From Candidatus Poribacteria bacterium (lineage in GTDB: Bacteria; Poribacteria; WGA-4E; WGA-3G): 64,000 bases of DNA. Positions 38,534 to 49,700 of this stretch are shown in pieces; position 1 is the stretch's first letter, and every line of letters begins with the position of its first letter. Location of the stretch: contig CBDANF010000003.1 of the NCBI GenBank assembly GCA_965197475.1, positions 2,048,001-2,112,000 of the forward strand, given 5' to 3'. Made by a program: the position numbers and the translations under genes. The notes under the pieces are model-generated. The model had not been told where the DNA came from and ran no database searches. It was given only the letters and a program-made list of their open reading frames with translations.

Positions 38534-38600
38534 AAGGTTCTATAGGCTCAGAGAGTCGCCTCCCTTAGGTATGCACGCTTTACCAGCGTGCTGTTTGAAG

Positions 38601-38741
38601 TTATAGTAAAGTTCACAATTACTTGAACATTACTGAAGCGCGCTTACAAAGCGCGCTTACCTCTCATCTATGTTATATCAGAATTATAGTTTTGCGTCAA
38701 GAAAAGCCAATTTTAAATCGGGGTTACAAACCCCTCCTACA
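38601..38741. repeat. MITE end plus GTAG-type REP hairpins
   Basis: TTATAGTAAAGTTCACAATTACTTGAACA (38601), GCGCGCTTACAAAGCGCGC (38638) and GGGGTTACAAACCCCTCCTAC (38720). Confidence 0.6.
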
Positions 38742-38747
38742 AGATTG

Positions 38748-40106
38748 CTAAATGTTCCATCGATTCTGGAATTGTTCAACCATAGCCTCCGGCCCGCCGT
38801 GCTGCCCCAAGAATTCCAAAAACGCTTGGTAGAGTCGGCGCGCCTCGTCTGTATCCGATTCAAATCGGTTTTTCATCTGCTCCGGATCAGAGGGAAGATG
38901 GAATAAATGTTTAGGTGCGCCCTTGTTTTCCAACAAAAGTGACCAAGTTCCATCTGTTACGCTTCCATGTGCACTTCCGCCATCAGGGCTCCATCCACCA
39001 CCCCATGCGCCATGTGTGATTGCATAATCTCTGCCCGTATCTGTTTCTCCCATGACTATTGGAAGCAGACTATTGCCTTCAACCTGTTTACCGCGCTCCG
39101 CACCGAAAACATCAATCACAGTTGCCGGAATATCAATAATACTCACAAGTGCGTCCGTGTGGCGGGGTGTAACCTCAGGATGATAAATGAGCAGAGGGAT
39201 GTGGACAATCTCCTCGTACATACCGAGGTTTTTAGCGATGAGACCATGTTCACCTAACAAGAAACCATGGTCAGCCATAAAAATGATCATTGTGTTTTCC
39301 ATCAACCCCATATAGTCAATTTTCCGCAGCAATTGCCCGATCCAGTTATCTACGAGACACGCTTCGGCGCGGTATAGCGCATTGAGACGTTGGGTTGTGC
39401 GCTCATCCATTTTATTGGGACCGTAGGTTGGATAGATAGGTTCCGGTCCGTCGTAATCATCCGGATCGAACCGTCTGACGTACCAATCTGGCACATCCCA
39501 CGGCTCATGTGGGTCAAAGGTGTCTACCATCAGATAGAAATTTTCGTGTTGATAGTTGCGTTCCAGCCAGTCACAAGCGGTTTGCATGGTTTGTGCAACA
39601 AAGGTATCTCCTTCATTCTTTCGAAAGTCAGTATTTCTGAGGTGGTTGCCCAGTCCTGGTGGCAATTTTTCTGGATGCGGTCGCGTGTGTTCACGATACC
39701 GCCATGCTATCTCTGATTCATAGTCGTAAGGATGCGTCTCTAAAATATCGGTTTCCTGCCCACGGATCCAATTCCATCCTGTGAACCCTCGGTTATACAG
39801 AAATCCGTCTTTGAGATGGTGTGGGGTATCGGCGATCATCATGCTGACAACACCCGCTTTTGTTAAGGCGTTCGCGATGACAGGCACGTTCCCTTTAAGC
39901 GGTTCCCATCCTCGGCGACATATACCTACCTCTCCAGTCACCAGGTCGCCACGAATTGGCACTGTAGGATAACTACAGACATAGGCTTTGTCAAAGACAA
40001 CACATTTTTCAGCGAAGGCGTTGAGTGCCGGACTATAACCCTTTCCGCCATAAATCTCTAAATTATCTCGTCTAAATGTATCTGAAATAATATGGATAAT
40101 GTTCAA
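38748..40106 (-). CDS. sulfatase-like hydrolase with Thr at the formylglycine position
   Basis: NIIHIISDTFR, SYPTVPIR, FDPHEPW and ADHGFLLGEH motifs; TTG 40106 follows AAGGAGG. Confidence 0.85.
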   Translation of the reverse strand: MNIIHIISDTFRRDNLEIYGGKGYSPALNAFAEKCVVFDKAYVCSYPTVPIRGDLVTGEVGICRRGWEPLKGNVPVIANALTKAGVVSMMIADTPHHLKDGFLYNRGFTGWNWIRGQETDILETHPYDYESEIAWRYREHTRPHPEKLPPGLGNHLRNTDFRKNEGDTFVAQTMQTACDWLERNYQHENFYLMVDTFDPHEPWDVPDWYVRRFDPDDYDGPEPIYPTYGPNKMDERTTQRLNALYRAEACLVDNWIGQLLRKIDYMGLMENTMIIFMADHGFLLGEHGLIAKNLGMYEEIVHIPLLIYHPEVTPRHTDALVSIIDIPATVIDVFGAERGKQVEGNSLLPIVMGETDTGRDYAITHGAWGGGWSPDGGSAHGSVTDGTWSLLLENKGAPKHLFHLPSDPEQMKNRFESDTDEARRLYQAFLEFLGQHGGPEAMVEQFQNRWNI

Positions 40107-40178
40107 AATTTCCCTCCTTATATGGAAGATGTTGTTTGTATCGTATGAAACCACGCTAAGGATATGGGTTGTTAGATT

Positions 40179-40313
40179 ATACCATTTCTGAAAAATAAAA
40201 TATCAATATAAGATTTTGGGATTCACACTAAGGCAAGCGTGCAAGAGGCGTAATGAATTGCGCGACTACAAACGCGTTTTTGCTAGTGATAGACGATCAT
40301 TCAGAAATGGTAT
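40179..40313. mobile_element. 135-bp MITE-like element with 14-bp TIRs and a REP core
   Basis: Perfect TIR ATACCATTTCTGAA...TTCAGAAATGGTAT; core GCGTAATGAATTGCGCGACTAC. Confidence 0.75.
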
Positions 40314-41722
40314 TATATCGTATTTTCGTTTTCTTGTGGCGTAATTTCCTTTTCCTGTTCAGCAATTTGCACAACAGCTGGCAACAAACCGTAGATACCC
40401 CAGAACGGTACTCCGATGGCATCTCCATTTAGTAGGTTGTTTACTATAAAATGCACCATCAATGAGATTTCGGCTGCCATGAGTCCTATGACAACAGATC
40501 GGTAAAAGCCATTCTCAATTCTTTTAAGTGCGCGAAAACCGTAACGTAAAAATGCAAAGTTAAGCCATATCCACACCGCTAATCCGACAATTCCCAGTTC
40601 TGCCATAACTTGAAGATATTCGCTGTGTGCACCCAACTGAAACTGTGCTATGTAGGTGCCCACAAGCGCAACATCCTCCTCGTAAAGCATGGCAAAAGCA
40701 CCGTATCCCTTCCCTAAAATAGGACTTTCAAGGAACATTGTAGCGGCTTGACCCCACCGCATAAGTCGTGCCCGGTTAGAAGCGTAGTTAACATCTACCG
40801 TAGACGAAATCCGTTCCACGACAGAACTATAAACACCCGGCAAACTTAAACAAACCAATAGGATTAGGCATGCAGCACCAATAAATAGAATCTTTTTATG
40901 CGTAACGCCTCTGCCTAATTGTATCAGCATAAATCCAACTGCAACGATAACAGAGAGCCATACCCCCCGTGAAAAACACATAATGAGACCAAATCCGAAG
41001 CAGATGAACCACCCTATCCACATCACACGGTCAAACGGTTGATTATCAAATAGTAGACGACTGAGGCAGATTAGGAAAAAGATTGCTGTGAATGAACCGT
41101 AGACAGAGTAATTCGTGAACGGGGAACTCCGATATGCGCTTGTCCATTGCCATTGGTCAATATGATAGAAAAGCACAATAACCGTCCAAATAACAGCTAT
41201 CGCTGCACTTGGAAAAGAGGCGATAAATAAGCGATTCAAATGCTGGCGATGCTGGATTATGTCATATATCACCAAACTGAAAATGATGTAGGTAGAAGCC
41301 CGAAACGCCCCTTTTAAAGTGCCGAAAAGGTCGGGGGTATTGATAGTGGATAGGAACGTGACGAAAATAAAAAAACAGAGTGGTAGTAGAAATGGAAAGG
41401 TTGGGGTGCGCTGTCGCTTTCCGAGCGCGTAATCCACGATCTTTTTTAACCAATAAACGGCACTGAGCATGCCTAACAACGGTTCAGTAGGGGTCTGAAT
41501 CTCAAGAAGTTGGGGGATGATGTAACGAAAGGAGAACGGCAAGCAGATTAGCAGAACATGGACTGCTAGCTCCATACCAATGAATACAAATGCTCCTGTT
41601 GCAGCCAATAGACAAAGAACAGCAAGCGGCGTTTCTGAATACCGTCCGAGGATTACCCCGAACACGATGCAAATTAGAAACGGAAGGATGTGTTTTGCTG
41701 GCTTCAAGGACATCCGTAGCAA
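40313..41722 (-). CDS. O-antigen ligase / Wzy_C family membrane protein
   Basis: Multi-TM, FSRGVWL, PILGKGYG and AHSEYLQVMAELG motifs. Confidence 0.9.
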   Translation of the reverse strand: MLRMSLKPAKHILPFLICIVFGVILGRYSETPLAVLCLLAATGAFVFIGMELAVHVLLICLPFSFRYIIPQLLEIQTPTEPLLGMLSAVYWLKKIVDYALGKRQRTPTFPFLLPLCFFIFVTFLSTINTPDLFGTLKGAFRASTYIIFSLVIYDIIQHRQHLNRLFIASFPSAAIAVIWTVIVLFYHIDQWQWTSAYRSSPFTNYSVYGSFTAIFFLICLSRLLFDNQPFDRVMWIGWFICFGFGLIMCFSRGVWLSVIVAVGFMLIQLGRGVTHKKILFIGAACLILLVCLSLPGVYSSVVERISSTVDVNYASNRARLMRWGQAATMFLESPILGKGYGAFAMLYEEDVALVGTYIAQFQLGAHSEYLQVMAELGIVGLAVWIWLNFAFLRYGFRALKRIENGFYRSVVIGLMAAEISLMVHFIVNNLLNGDAIGVPFWGIYGLLPAVVQIAEQEKEITPQENENTI

Positions 41723-41725
41723 CGA

Positions 41726-42442
41726 TTAAAACTGCGTCCGGACTCCGAGTCCAATCGCAGTTCCGTCTAAAATAATATTAATCGGTTGAGTGCCGGTGGT
41801 TTCAATAGTTTTGAGGATACGTTTTAATTCAAAGTTGATTGATGCGTTATTGCTTATCGTGGCACGGGTACCAGGTTGCGACTCCCATTGAAGCAGCTCC
41901 GCTCCAACGATGACATACCCCGTAGTACTAGAAGCACTGTTAGCAAGTGAAATGCCTGCCTCTTCAAGCACATTAACCATGTTACCGCTAAAATTTGCTC
42001 TCAAAATACCGATACCTGCCCCGAAATAAATCGGAAAATAGTCATGTAACAGCATAGGACGATAGATCAATTGATACGAGATAGGCACAAGTGTGGTTGT
42101 GAGAGATGTTGAAGTAGGTGGTGGCGTATCAAGTTGAGTTCGCCAATAGCCAATTTCCAACCGGGAATCCAGTTCAGGCATGTGCTGCAGAACAATTGAA
42201 AGTGTTGGCATAAGCGAGGTTGGGATTTTGGATATTCCGAAATTGTGGAGAATATCAGCCAAGCCGCCCAACGTTGGTTTGTATGAATAGATGGAAAATT
42301 GTAGGGATGGAGTTTTGATGTGTTGTCTTAAAAAATTGTGTAAGAAAGGTGATGGTTGCAAGGGCTGCACATTTGGGGGTTCAGCAAGTGAAATGCCTGA
42401 GATAATGAAAACAGAAAATAGGATTATTAAAAGATAACGCAT
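41726..42442 (-). CDS. putative outer-membrane beta-barrel protein
   Basis: Signal peptide, YFGAGIG, alternating strands and a C-terminal Phe. Confidence 0.6.
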   Translation of the reverse strand: MRYLLIILFSVFIISGISLAEPPNVQPLQPSPFLHNFLRQHIKTPSLQFSIYSYKPTLGGLADILHNFGISKIPTSLMPTLSIVLQHMPELDSRLEIGYWRTQLDTPPPTSTSLTTTLVPISYQLIYRPMLLHDYFPIYFGAGIGILRANFSGNMVNVLEEAGISLANSASSTTGYVIVGAELLQWESQPGTRATISNNASINFELKRILKTIETTGTQPINIILDGTAIGLGVRTQF

Positions 42443-42493
42443 TTATTCAGGATACCCATGCTAAAAAAGCTACAAGTGGTTAGGTATTATCTA

Positions 42494-42826
42494 ATACCAT
42501 ATCTAATTGACAAAATATCATAATAGCTTGTTTTATACTATACACCTTTCGCACCGCTGGTGCTTGGTGTCTTGTGGTATACTTTTCTATACACCTTCCG
42601 CACCGCTGGGGCTGAGATATGATTGACTATAGCCTCAGAAAGGCAGCATGCGCTTATGGCATGCTGCATGAGGTGTCCAGCAGCTGATGTCTGTGTTTAC
42701 CAAGCCCTAGAGGAGCGACAGAGTGTATATTTTTTCCACCGCATAACACTAAAATTGACGCATAAGGGTATCGCAAACTCTGCACGACGGACGAAATAAT
42801 GCAATACAATCTCTTAGAAATGGTAT
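42494..42826. mobile_element. 333-bp MITE-like composite with internal 27-bp hairpin repeats
   Basis: TIR ATACCATATCTAA / TTAGAAATGGTAT (12/13); CTATACACCTT(T/C)CGCACCGCTGG(T/G)GCT at about 42538 and 42587, with an inverted copy at about 42703. Confidence 0.65.
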
Positions 42827-42948
42827 AACTTTCTGAAATATAGACAAAAAATAGGCATAATCGCGTTAAAAGGATAGGATGCCCCGAATTAGGACATCCT
42901 AACGACACTGGACGGAAAAATCAAGGAAATATCTTAGGGGATCAAAGG

Positions 42949-43824
42949 TTACATCATTGAGCCAGTTGGGTTGAGAATTACTTCTACCCGGCGATTCATA
43001 GCTCTGCCAGCAGAGGTATTTTGCGGAGCGACAGGATCAGTATGTGCCTTTCCAACAGCCTTGATTCTGGCAGCGTCAATACCTTTACCTTTCAGATATT
43101 TAGCGGCTGCATTTGCGCGCGATTGAGACAGGTCCCAATTGCTTCGATGGCTGCCACCTAATACTGGTGTGCCATCCGCATGACCAACAACCAGTATCTC
43201 GGCTTCCGGATTTTCCATAATCTGACCAACGATACCGTCAAGCATCTCTTTAGCCTCTTTAGAAAGGCCCGTCTGTCCACTACCAAAATTGGCGGTAGCT
43301 AATAGCGTGGGTTTTGCCTCCACCTCGGCTTTCAATTCAGCTATATCCGATAAAATAGCTGCAATTTCAGACGCAAGTTTCTTAACATCAGCACCTTGTC
43401 CCTTGAAGCTATCGGCAAGTGCCTTAATCTGTTCCTGGAGTTTGGCATCTCCAGCTTTAGCAGATTCCATCGCTTTTTTACCCTGACTATCAATGTTTTT
43501 TGTTAAGTCAGAGCGAGCTTTTGCGATCTCTTCTTTGGTATTTTGCTTGGCAGCAGCGATAGTGTCAGCATCCCCTTGTTGCGAAGTGGCAATTGATTCA
43601 TCCTTCGCTTTAGAGATTGCCTCCATATTATCCTTATTGTTCTGATTGACCTTTCCTTCAATCTCAGTAATCTGCACTTTTATTTCTGTATTGGTTTGGT
43701 CGATCTGCGCAACGTGTTCATTCTTCCACATTTCAAACTCTTCTTGGTTAAGCTTACCGCAACCAATAACGGCAATGCTTAATACCAAAAGAGCAGCAAC
43801 AGTAAGTGTTCCTCTGGTTTTCAT
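42949..43824 (-). CDS. OmpA/MotB-family peptidoglycan-binding lipoprotein with a coiled-coil stalk
   Basis: Lipobox VIGC, VGHAD, NWDLSQSRA and NRRVEV motifs. Confidence 0.9.
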   Translation of the reverse strand: MKTRGTLTVAALLVLSIAVIGCGKLNQEEFEMWKNEHVAQIDQTNTEIKVQITEIEGKVNQNNKDNMEAISKAKDESIATSQQGDADTIAAAKQNTKEEIAKARSDLTKNIDSQGKKAMESAKAGDAKLQEQIKALADSFKGQGADVKKLASEIAAILSDIAELKAEVEAKPTLLATANFGSGQTGLSKEAKEMLDGIVGQIMENPEAEILVVGHADGTPVLGGSHRSNWDLSQSRANAAAKYLKGKGIDAARIKAVGKAHTDPVAPQNTSAGRAMNRRVEVILNPTGSMM

Positions 43825-44009
43825 GGAATTCCTCCAAAAATTGATGCGTAATACGTAAACTGCGTAATATATTTATTTCACATAAGACATGTTATAATAG
43901 TTTAACACAATTCAGTTTATAATTCAAAAAAATTTGACATGCGATTGTTTTTCTGCAAAAACGATGTATGGAACTTGATATTTCAAGAAAAATAATGTAA
44001 ACTAATTTT

Positions 44010-45374
44010 ATGGGACAATTGAGTATTATTTTAATTGTAGGCTTCTTGTGTCTTTTTGCTTATGAACCGCTAGAAGGCATTGGAACAATAGATATCGCAC
44101 AAACGTATCTCTGGAACGTAGTGCTAACATTCGGTCCAATCCTCATTGCCTATCTTTTTACAACCTTAATTTCGCGAGTTTCAAAATCACAAAAACCCTT
44201 TACGGAGAAGGCTTTTTCCCACCTTGGAATCTTCCGGATTGTTTTTGAAGTGCTGTGTTTAGGTGCCTACTTATATAATCTGTATCTGTTAGACTTGCCG
44301 TTGTTCATTCACGTACAGTTTGCCTTCTTTCCAATGACTGAACTACGTCAAGGGTTCGCAATTCTACCACTTGTTATCGGTTTAATTGGTGTTCGTTTAG
44401 TATTTCATCAATTGAATCGTGAAAGTAGTGCACGCTATAGCGAGTTACTTTCCTTTCATCTAAAATTCTTACTTCTTCCACTTGCTCCGCTACTAATCTA
44501 TTTAACCTCGCTTGATCTACTGGTAAGGCTTCCAGAACAGGTAAAGTTATTCTTGGTCACACATCCGTATATATTGATAGGGTTACTTATCCCCGTAGTG
44601 GCAGGAGCATATATTTTCGCGCCTTTACTGATGCAGTTTATGTGGAAGACAATACCACTTCCAGATGGTGAGTTACGAGAGAAGTTGGGACAACTTACAA
44701 AACGAAGTAAAATGAAATATAGAGATATTGCGGTATGGCAAACAGGGTCGTTATTAATCGCCAATGCCGCGGTTGCTGGGACCTTTGGATGGAATCGGCG
44801 AATCTTTTTGACAGATGCGCTCCTACGCTATTTTTCGGACGACCAAATAGAGACAATTGTAGCACACGAACTCGGGCATATCCGCTATAAACACATTCCT
44901 ACCTACATTCTGTTTTCGTGTCTCTACCTTCTCAGTTATCCGCTGTTTTACAGATATATTGAACAACCAATAATGCAATTTCTGCCGACAAATCTGGTTG
45001 AGAACTATCCGATTGTTTCTTCAATTGGTTCAATGCTATTCTTTATCTTTTACTTTATTTTCGGATTTCGTTATGTATCTCGACGTTTTGAACACCAAGC
45101 CGACTTATATGCTGTTTCCTTGACTAACAGGCCAGAAGCGTTTATATCAGCACTTGAACGATTAGCTATTTTCAACAGTATTCCAAGATATGTTCGGCGT
45201 ATTTTTGAACTTTTCAATACCCATCCTTCCATTTATCGGCGCGTTAACTTCGTGAATAGGTCTATCATAGGCGATGTAGGTATTACGCGCTACCAAAACT
45301 ACTTACTCGAAGCCAAAATTTTAGTTGTTTTACTACCGATATTTTCTGCCGCAATAATTCTACTGTTTTTGTAG
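44010..45374 (+). CDS. M48 (Ste24/HtpX-like) membrane metalloprotease
   Basis: ANAAV, AHELGH, RRFEHQAD and THPS motifs. Confidence 0.9.
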   Translation: MGQLSIILIVGFLCLFAYEPLEGIGTIDIAQTYLWNVVLTFGPILIAYLFTTLISRVSKSQKPFTEKAFSHLGIFRIVFEVLCLGAYLYNLYLLDLPLFIHVQFAFFPMTELRQGFAILPLVIGLIGVRLVFHQLNRESSARYSELLSFHLKFLLLPLAPLLIYLTSLDLLVRLPEQVKLFLVTHPYILIGLLIPVVAGAYIFAPLLMQFMWKTIPLPDGELREKLGQLTKRSKMKYRDIAVWQTGSLLIANAAVAGTFGWNRRIFLTDALLRYFSDDQIETIVAHELGHIRYKHIPTYILFSCLYLLSYPLFYRYIEQPIMQFLPTNLVENYPIVSSIGSMLFFIFYFIFGFRYVSRRFEHQADLYAVSLTNRPEAFISALERLAIFNSIPRYVRRIFELFNTHPSIYRRVNFVNRSIIGDVGITRYQNYLLEAKILVVLLPIFSAAIILLFL

Positions 45375-45388
45375 AGGGAAATAATCAC

Positions 45389-45700
45389 CTACTCGGGTTC
45401 AAGCACAAACTTGAGTTTGTCAATTGCACGGTTAATGGGCAATTCGTAGAACTTTTGCAGCTCCCGCAACTCATTCGCGATGTCAAACGCGACAAGAATC
45501 GGAATCCGTGTTTCATCATAACCTTTTTTCGTATAACTTTCTATCCGATTCTTGACATAGGTAACCAGGACATCAATGTCGTCAGCGGTTAACTCCTCGC
45601 TCGGTTTAATAGAATAAGGGATACCCAAAATGACAAATCGGATAGCTTTAGTATCTTGAATAGGTTGTTTTTCTTCTTCAGTTTGCTGTTCGTCTTGCAT
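45389..45700 (-). CDS. zapA: cell division protein ZapA-like
   Basis: Size and pattern (ILGIPYSIK...YVKNRI...ILVAFDIANEL plus coiled coil). Confidence 0.65.
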   Translation of the reverse strand: MQDEQQTEEEKQPIQDTKAIRFVILGIPYSIKPSEELTADDIDVLVTYVKNRIESYTKKGYDETRIPILVAFDIANELRELQKFYELPINRAIDKLKFVLEPE

Positions 45701-45805
45701 ATCGGTTCCTTTCAATTAAAATTCCAAATAACGTCGCTGCGTCAAGATTACTAACAAGTTTTGGTCAACTGTAAAGTGGGATAGTCTAAAACCCGTATCC
45801 CGTTC

Positions 45806-46693
45806 CTATGAAAGTGCTTTTCGCATCGTGTTCACACAAGGTTCAACACCTGTCCATCGCTCAAAAGCAATTGCCCCCTGATGTATCAACATGCCAAGGC
45901 CTCCAACAATTGTGCATCCCTTTTTCGATGCGACTGTTAACAACGATGTCATCGGTGGCGTATACACAATATCGTAAACGGTAGTGTTCGGCTGAAGCCA
46001 ATCCGGATCAATCAAAAGCGGATGAGAAACATCCATACTTGATGAGGCAGTATTTACGAGCAATGCGCTGCCTTTCACCGCATCCGCCAGTTGAGAATCC
46101 TGCAATTCCATACCTGTCAAAACGGTTTGATGTTTGGCTTTCTCTCCTTCATCCTGCTGTCTTATCTTGTCGGCAAGCTCATCTGCTAAAGCAACTGCTT
46201 TTGATACCGTTCGGTTGGCAATGATGACTGATTTGACACCTGCCAATGCCAATGCAACGACAACTGCCCGTGCTGAACCACCCGCACCAAGTACTACAAC
46301 ATCCTTACCGACTGGGATTGATGCTCCTGTCTCCTCCAACGCTCTTAAAAACCCGGGTGCATCCGTGTTCTCCCCATGTATCTCATCATCAACAAAGGTG
46401 AGCGTATTCACTGCGCCTATGAGTTCCGCTTCCCGCGAGATAGATGTCAAAAACGGGATGACCGCCTGTTTATGTGGAAGCGTGGCATTGATTCCGACTA
46501 CATTGAGTGCCTTAAATCCATTCATCGCCTCAGCTACTGCGTCAGCAGCCACGTGGAACGGGACATAGATGTAATCAAGTCCTGCTTTAGCAATAGCAGC
46601 GTTATGCATCTGAGGAGAACGGCTATGTGAAACCGGTGCCCCTATGACTCCAACAATCTTTGTGTGACCTGTGATTGTGTGCGGCTTGTCCAT
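45806..46693 (-). CDS. aroE: shikimate dehydrogenase
   Basis: HSRSPQMHN, TLPHK, GAVNT, NTD, GAGGSAR and GMLIHQG motifs. Confidence 0.95.
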   Translation of the reverse strand: MDKPHTITGHTKIVGVIGAPVSHSRSPQMHNAAIAKAGLDYIYVPFHVAADAVAEAMNGFKALNVVGINATLPHKQAVIPFLTSISREAELIGAVNTLTFVDDEIHGENTDAPGFLRALEETGASIPVGKDVVVLGAGGSARAVVVALALAGVKSVIIANRTVSKAVALADELADKIRQQDEGEKAKHQTVLTGMELQDSQLADAVKGSALLVNTASSSMDVSHPLLIDPDWLQPNTTVYDIVYTPPMTSLLTVASKKGCTIVGGLGMLIHQGAIAFERWTGVEPCVNTMRKALS

Positions 46694-46714
46694 CTAACTA
46701 TGATGCCAACTTTC

Positions 46715-49700
46715 TTAAGCAAGTAATTTCTCGACCGTTTGTTTCGCCTCTTCCATTTTTGGGTACCGAATTTGCCTATACCCTCGAACGTGTTCAACGC
46801 ATTCTAATGCTTCAACATGTTTGTCATAGTTCTTTTCATCGGATGGGGCAAACGTATCTATTACTTCTCTGATATACCACTCTCTGAATTCCCGCTCTTT
46901 TGCGTGCCACTGCAATAACCAGTGTCTCAGAAACTTCATGTGTTTCATCATGTGCAACATCCAATTTCGGGTATCAATATCATGTTGAATATCAATTCCC
47001 ATCACGTTGAAATGAGGACGATTTAGATGAAGGTATCGGATTTTATCACCGTTTTTCTCATCTACATTATAGCGTATCTTGTCTCGATCGAGTTTTTCTT
47101 TACTTGTCAGCAGGTGTGAAACATATACTTCATCCTTAATCAGCATTACTTTATGTAAATACTTAATGGCAGCTTTGGTGGCACGGTAATCACCAAAGTC
47201 TTTTTCGTAAACTTGTTCAATCTTTTCTATGTATATCTGTGCATAGTTTATATTTTCAAACTGAATCAGATCGCAAATATAGAGTGCAAGACTTTGATGT
47301 GTGGGGTCATCTAATTCAACTTTTTTAACGATACCCTCAACTAAACTAACGTATGAATCAGCAAGACGTTTACCACGAAATTTTTCTGCAAGAATACGTT
47401 TTTTCTCTTCTAATGTGTCTGCATAAGATTGTTTCAAGACATCAGACATAGGTTGCGATAGGATGTTGTCAGCATTTTCATTTGCTGCGAGGTATCTGCC
47501 GACTTCAAAAGCATTCAGATTCTGTTGTAAATCGGAACGTTTGACCATCTGCTTCAATGCGAGTTTCATCGGTTCCAGTTCAAGCGGCATCAACCTTTTT
47601 TGGAATGCCACTCCTAATAGCATGATATTTGCGTACAGTTTTGCGCCGAATAATTTTTCAGAAATCTCAAATAGATTCAGTCCAAAATACATATTGGTAC
47701 AATGTTTAATAGTTTCTTCTAAATCGGCGATTTCAAAATTATCTTTTCCGATGAGCGTTGTCACCGTATCAGTTTTGGCAGTATTGACAACGGCAGCGGT
47801 ACGTTCAGTTGATGCGACACGGAAGACTGATCCTGCTGTAATCCCCCGAACTGCCTCTAAAATGTCAAGACCCAAGACGAGATCCGCCTTGCCGTAAGGA
47901 ATAATCGGTGAAATCTTAGTACCCAAATTTGAATAGGTGACGTGTGTATAGACACCTCCATTACGAATCGCTAAACCCTTTCTATCACAGAAATGCACAT
48001 CATACCCCTGGATATACCCGGCAACGACAAGTATTTTAGAGATCGTTCCGATACCCATCCCGCCGACCCCTGCAGCGTAAGCACTCCAGGCTCTATCAAA
48101 AGTTCGTGGGGGTGGTGGTGGCAAAGGATGCCCTCCGTTCAATCCAAGTTGCGAAAGTAAATCGGATAGCCCTGATTCCTCCCATTCATTTGATATGCTT
48201 GAGTCCTGCTCTTTAGGTTTTTCAATCTGATGAACATGTTGTAGGCGAGGAGGGCGTTTTCGTGTGACTATGACTTCTTCAAAGGACGGACACGCCCATT
48301 TTATGCGCGCACAAGCACCATCGGTTACACAGTTAGAACGATCAATCGCTATTTTGTTGCCATAGTCGGTATCAACAATTTTTAAGGCGGGGCATCCCGT
48401 AGATTTTGTGCACTCTAAACAAAATTCACAAACTTCTGATGTAATGTTAATATGTTTTTCGACCTTTAAGAAGCCGTTTTTCTCTTTGATCGCTTGTTGT
48501 TCGCGTCTAAGTCGTCGGTGGAAAGTAATCGCACACTCTTTATCCGCAATAATAATTTTGACACCTGGTCTTAGTATCGCCTTCTCAAGATATTTTTTAT
48601 AGTTCAGTCGGTCTTCGGGGTTTACCCGCACAATAGTAATCTCGGAATTTCCAGCCAACCCTTGTGCGACCTTCTCAATATCTTGGGCAAACGTAGGATT
48701 ACCGAGTATGTCAACATCACCAGCAGGTGTCGGTTGGTGACCGGTCATTGCTGTTGTCTGGTTATCTAAAATAATATATGCGATATCTTGGTTATTTTTG
48801 ATTGAATCAGAAATTGCGGAGATTCCGCCGTGAAAGAAGGTTGAGTCTCCCATGAATACAACCTGCTTGTTGACGATGAAAGGGTCAATGCCTGCGCCTG
48901 CCCCACCGCCGAGTGTCATTGCAGAGAGATTGTGCATCAAGCGCGGAAACGGTTCGTATTTTAGCATTGAATAGCATCCGATATCCCCGTGAAAAACGAG
49001 ATCAACGGGGGATGAATCGTGATGCTTCTGCATATACGCAGTATCCATGAATTGATTTGTAATTTCAAGAAGGACACTTGAGGAATCACGGTGTGGGCAT
49101 CCTGGGCAGAAGGTAGGCGTGCGTTTCGGGATATCAGCCTTAAAATCAGCTATCTGTTGCTGTAACTGTGCTTCTTTTGCCAAGAGTTCCATATCAACGG
49201 GAACACCCTTTGCAAATCGCCCCTCTTTTCCGTTTTTTGAAAAGAGCGGTATTAAGCGTTGGATTAGAATAGATGGGTCCAATCCGGCTTCCATGGGTAT
49301 TCCGGGCAAACCTTCAGGAAACTGTTTACCCCATACCTTCACAAGCTTATCAAGATTACCCGCCTGATACATTTGCATTAGTAATGCCTTAATCTCATTT
49401 TCAAGGACAGGACGTTTTTCTTCAACAACAAACAGTTCATCTATTTCTTGTGCAAACTCACGAAGAATATCTGGATCAATCGGATGCGTCATACCGAGTT
49501 TGAGGATGGGAATAGATCCGCTGAGATTCAGTTCAGACAAGGCATGTTCCAGATAAGCATAACTGAAACCAGCTGTCAAGAATCCGATTTTTTTCTGTTT
49601 TTGATCTGAGGTTGAATGGTTATTTGAATTTGTTGGATAGAGAATCTCGTTGAGACCTAACCGCTTGGCAGTTTTGAGTGCGGCGGGTAGTCTTTTTTGA

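Noticed and set aside
42538-42729. Mini-CRISPR reading of the 27-bp repeats
   Set aside because: Only two direct copies and one inverted copy, enclosed by MITE-like TIRs.
45375-45390. 6S RNA downstream of zapA
   Set aside because: Only 14 bp separate zapA from the convergent M48 gene.
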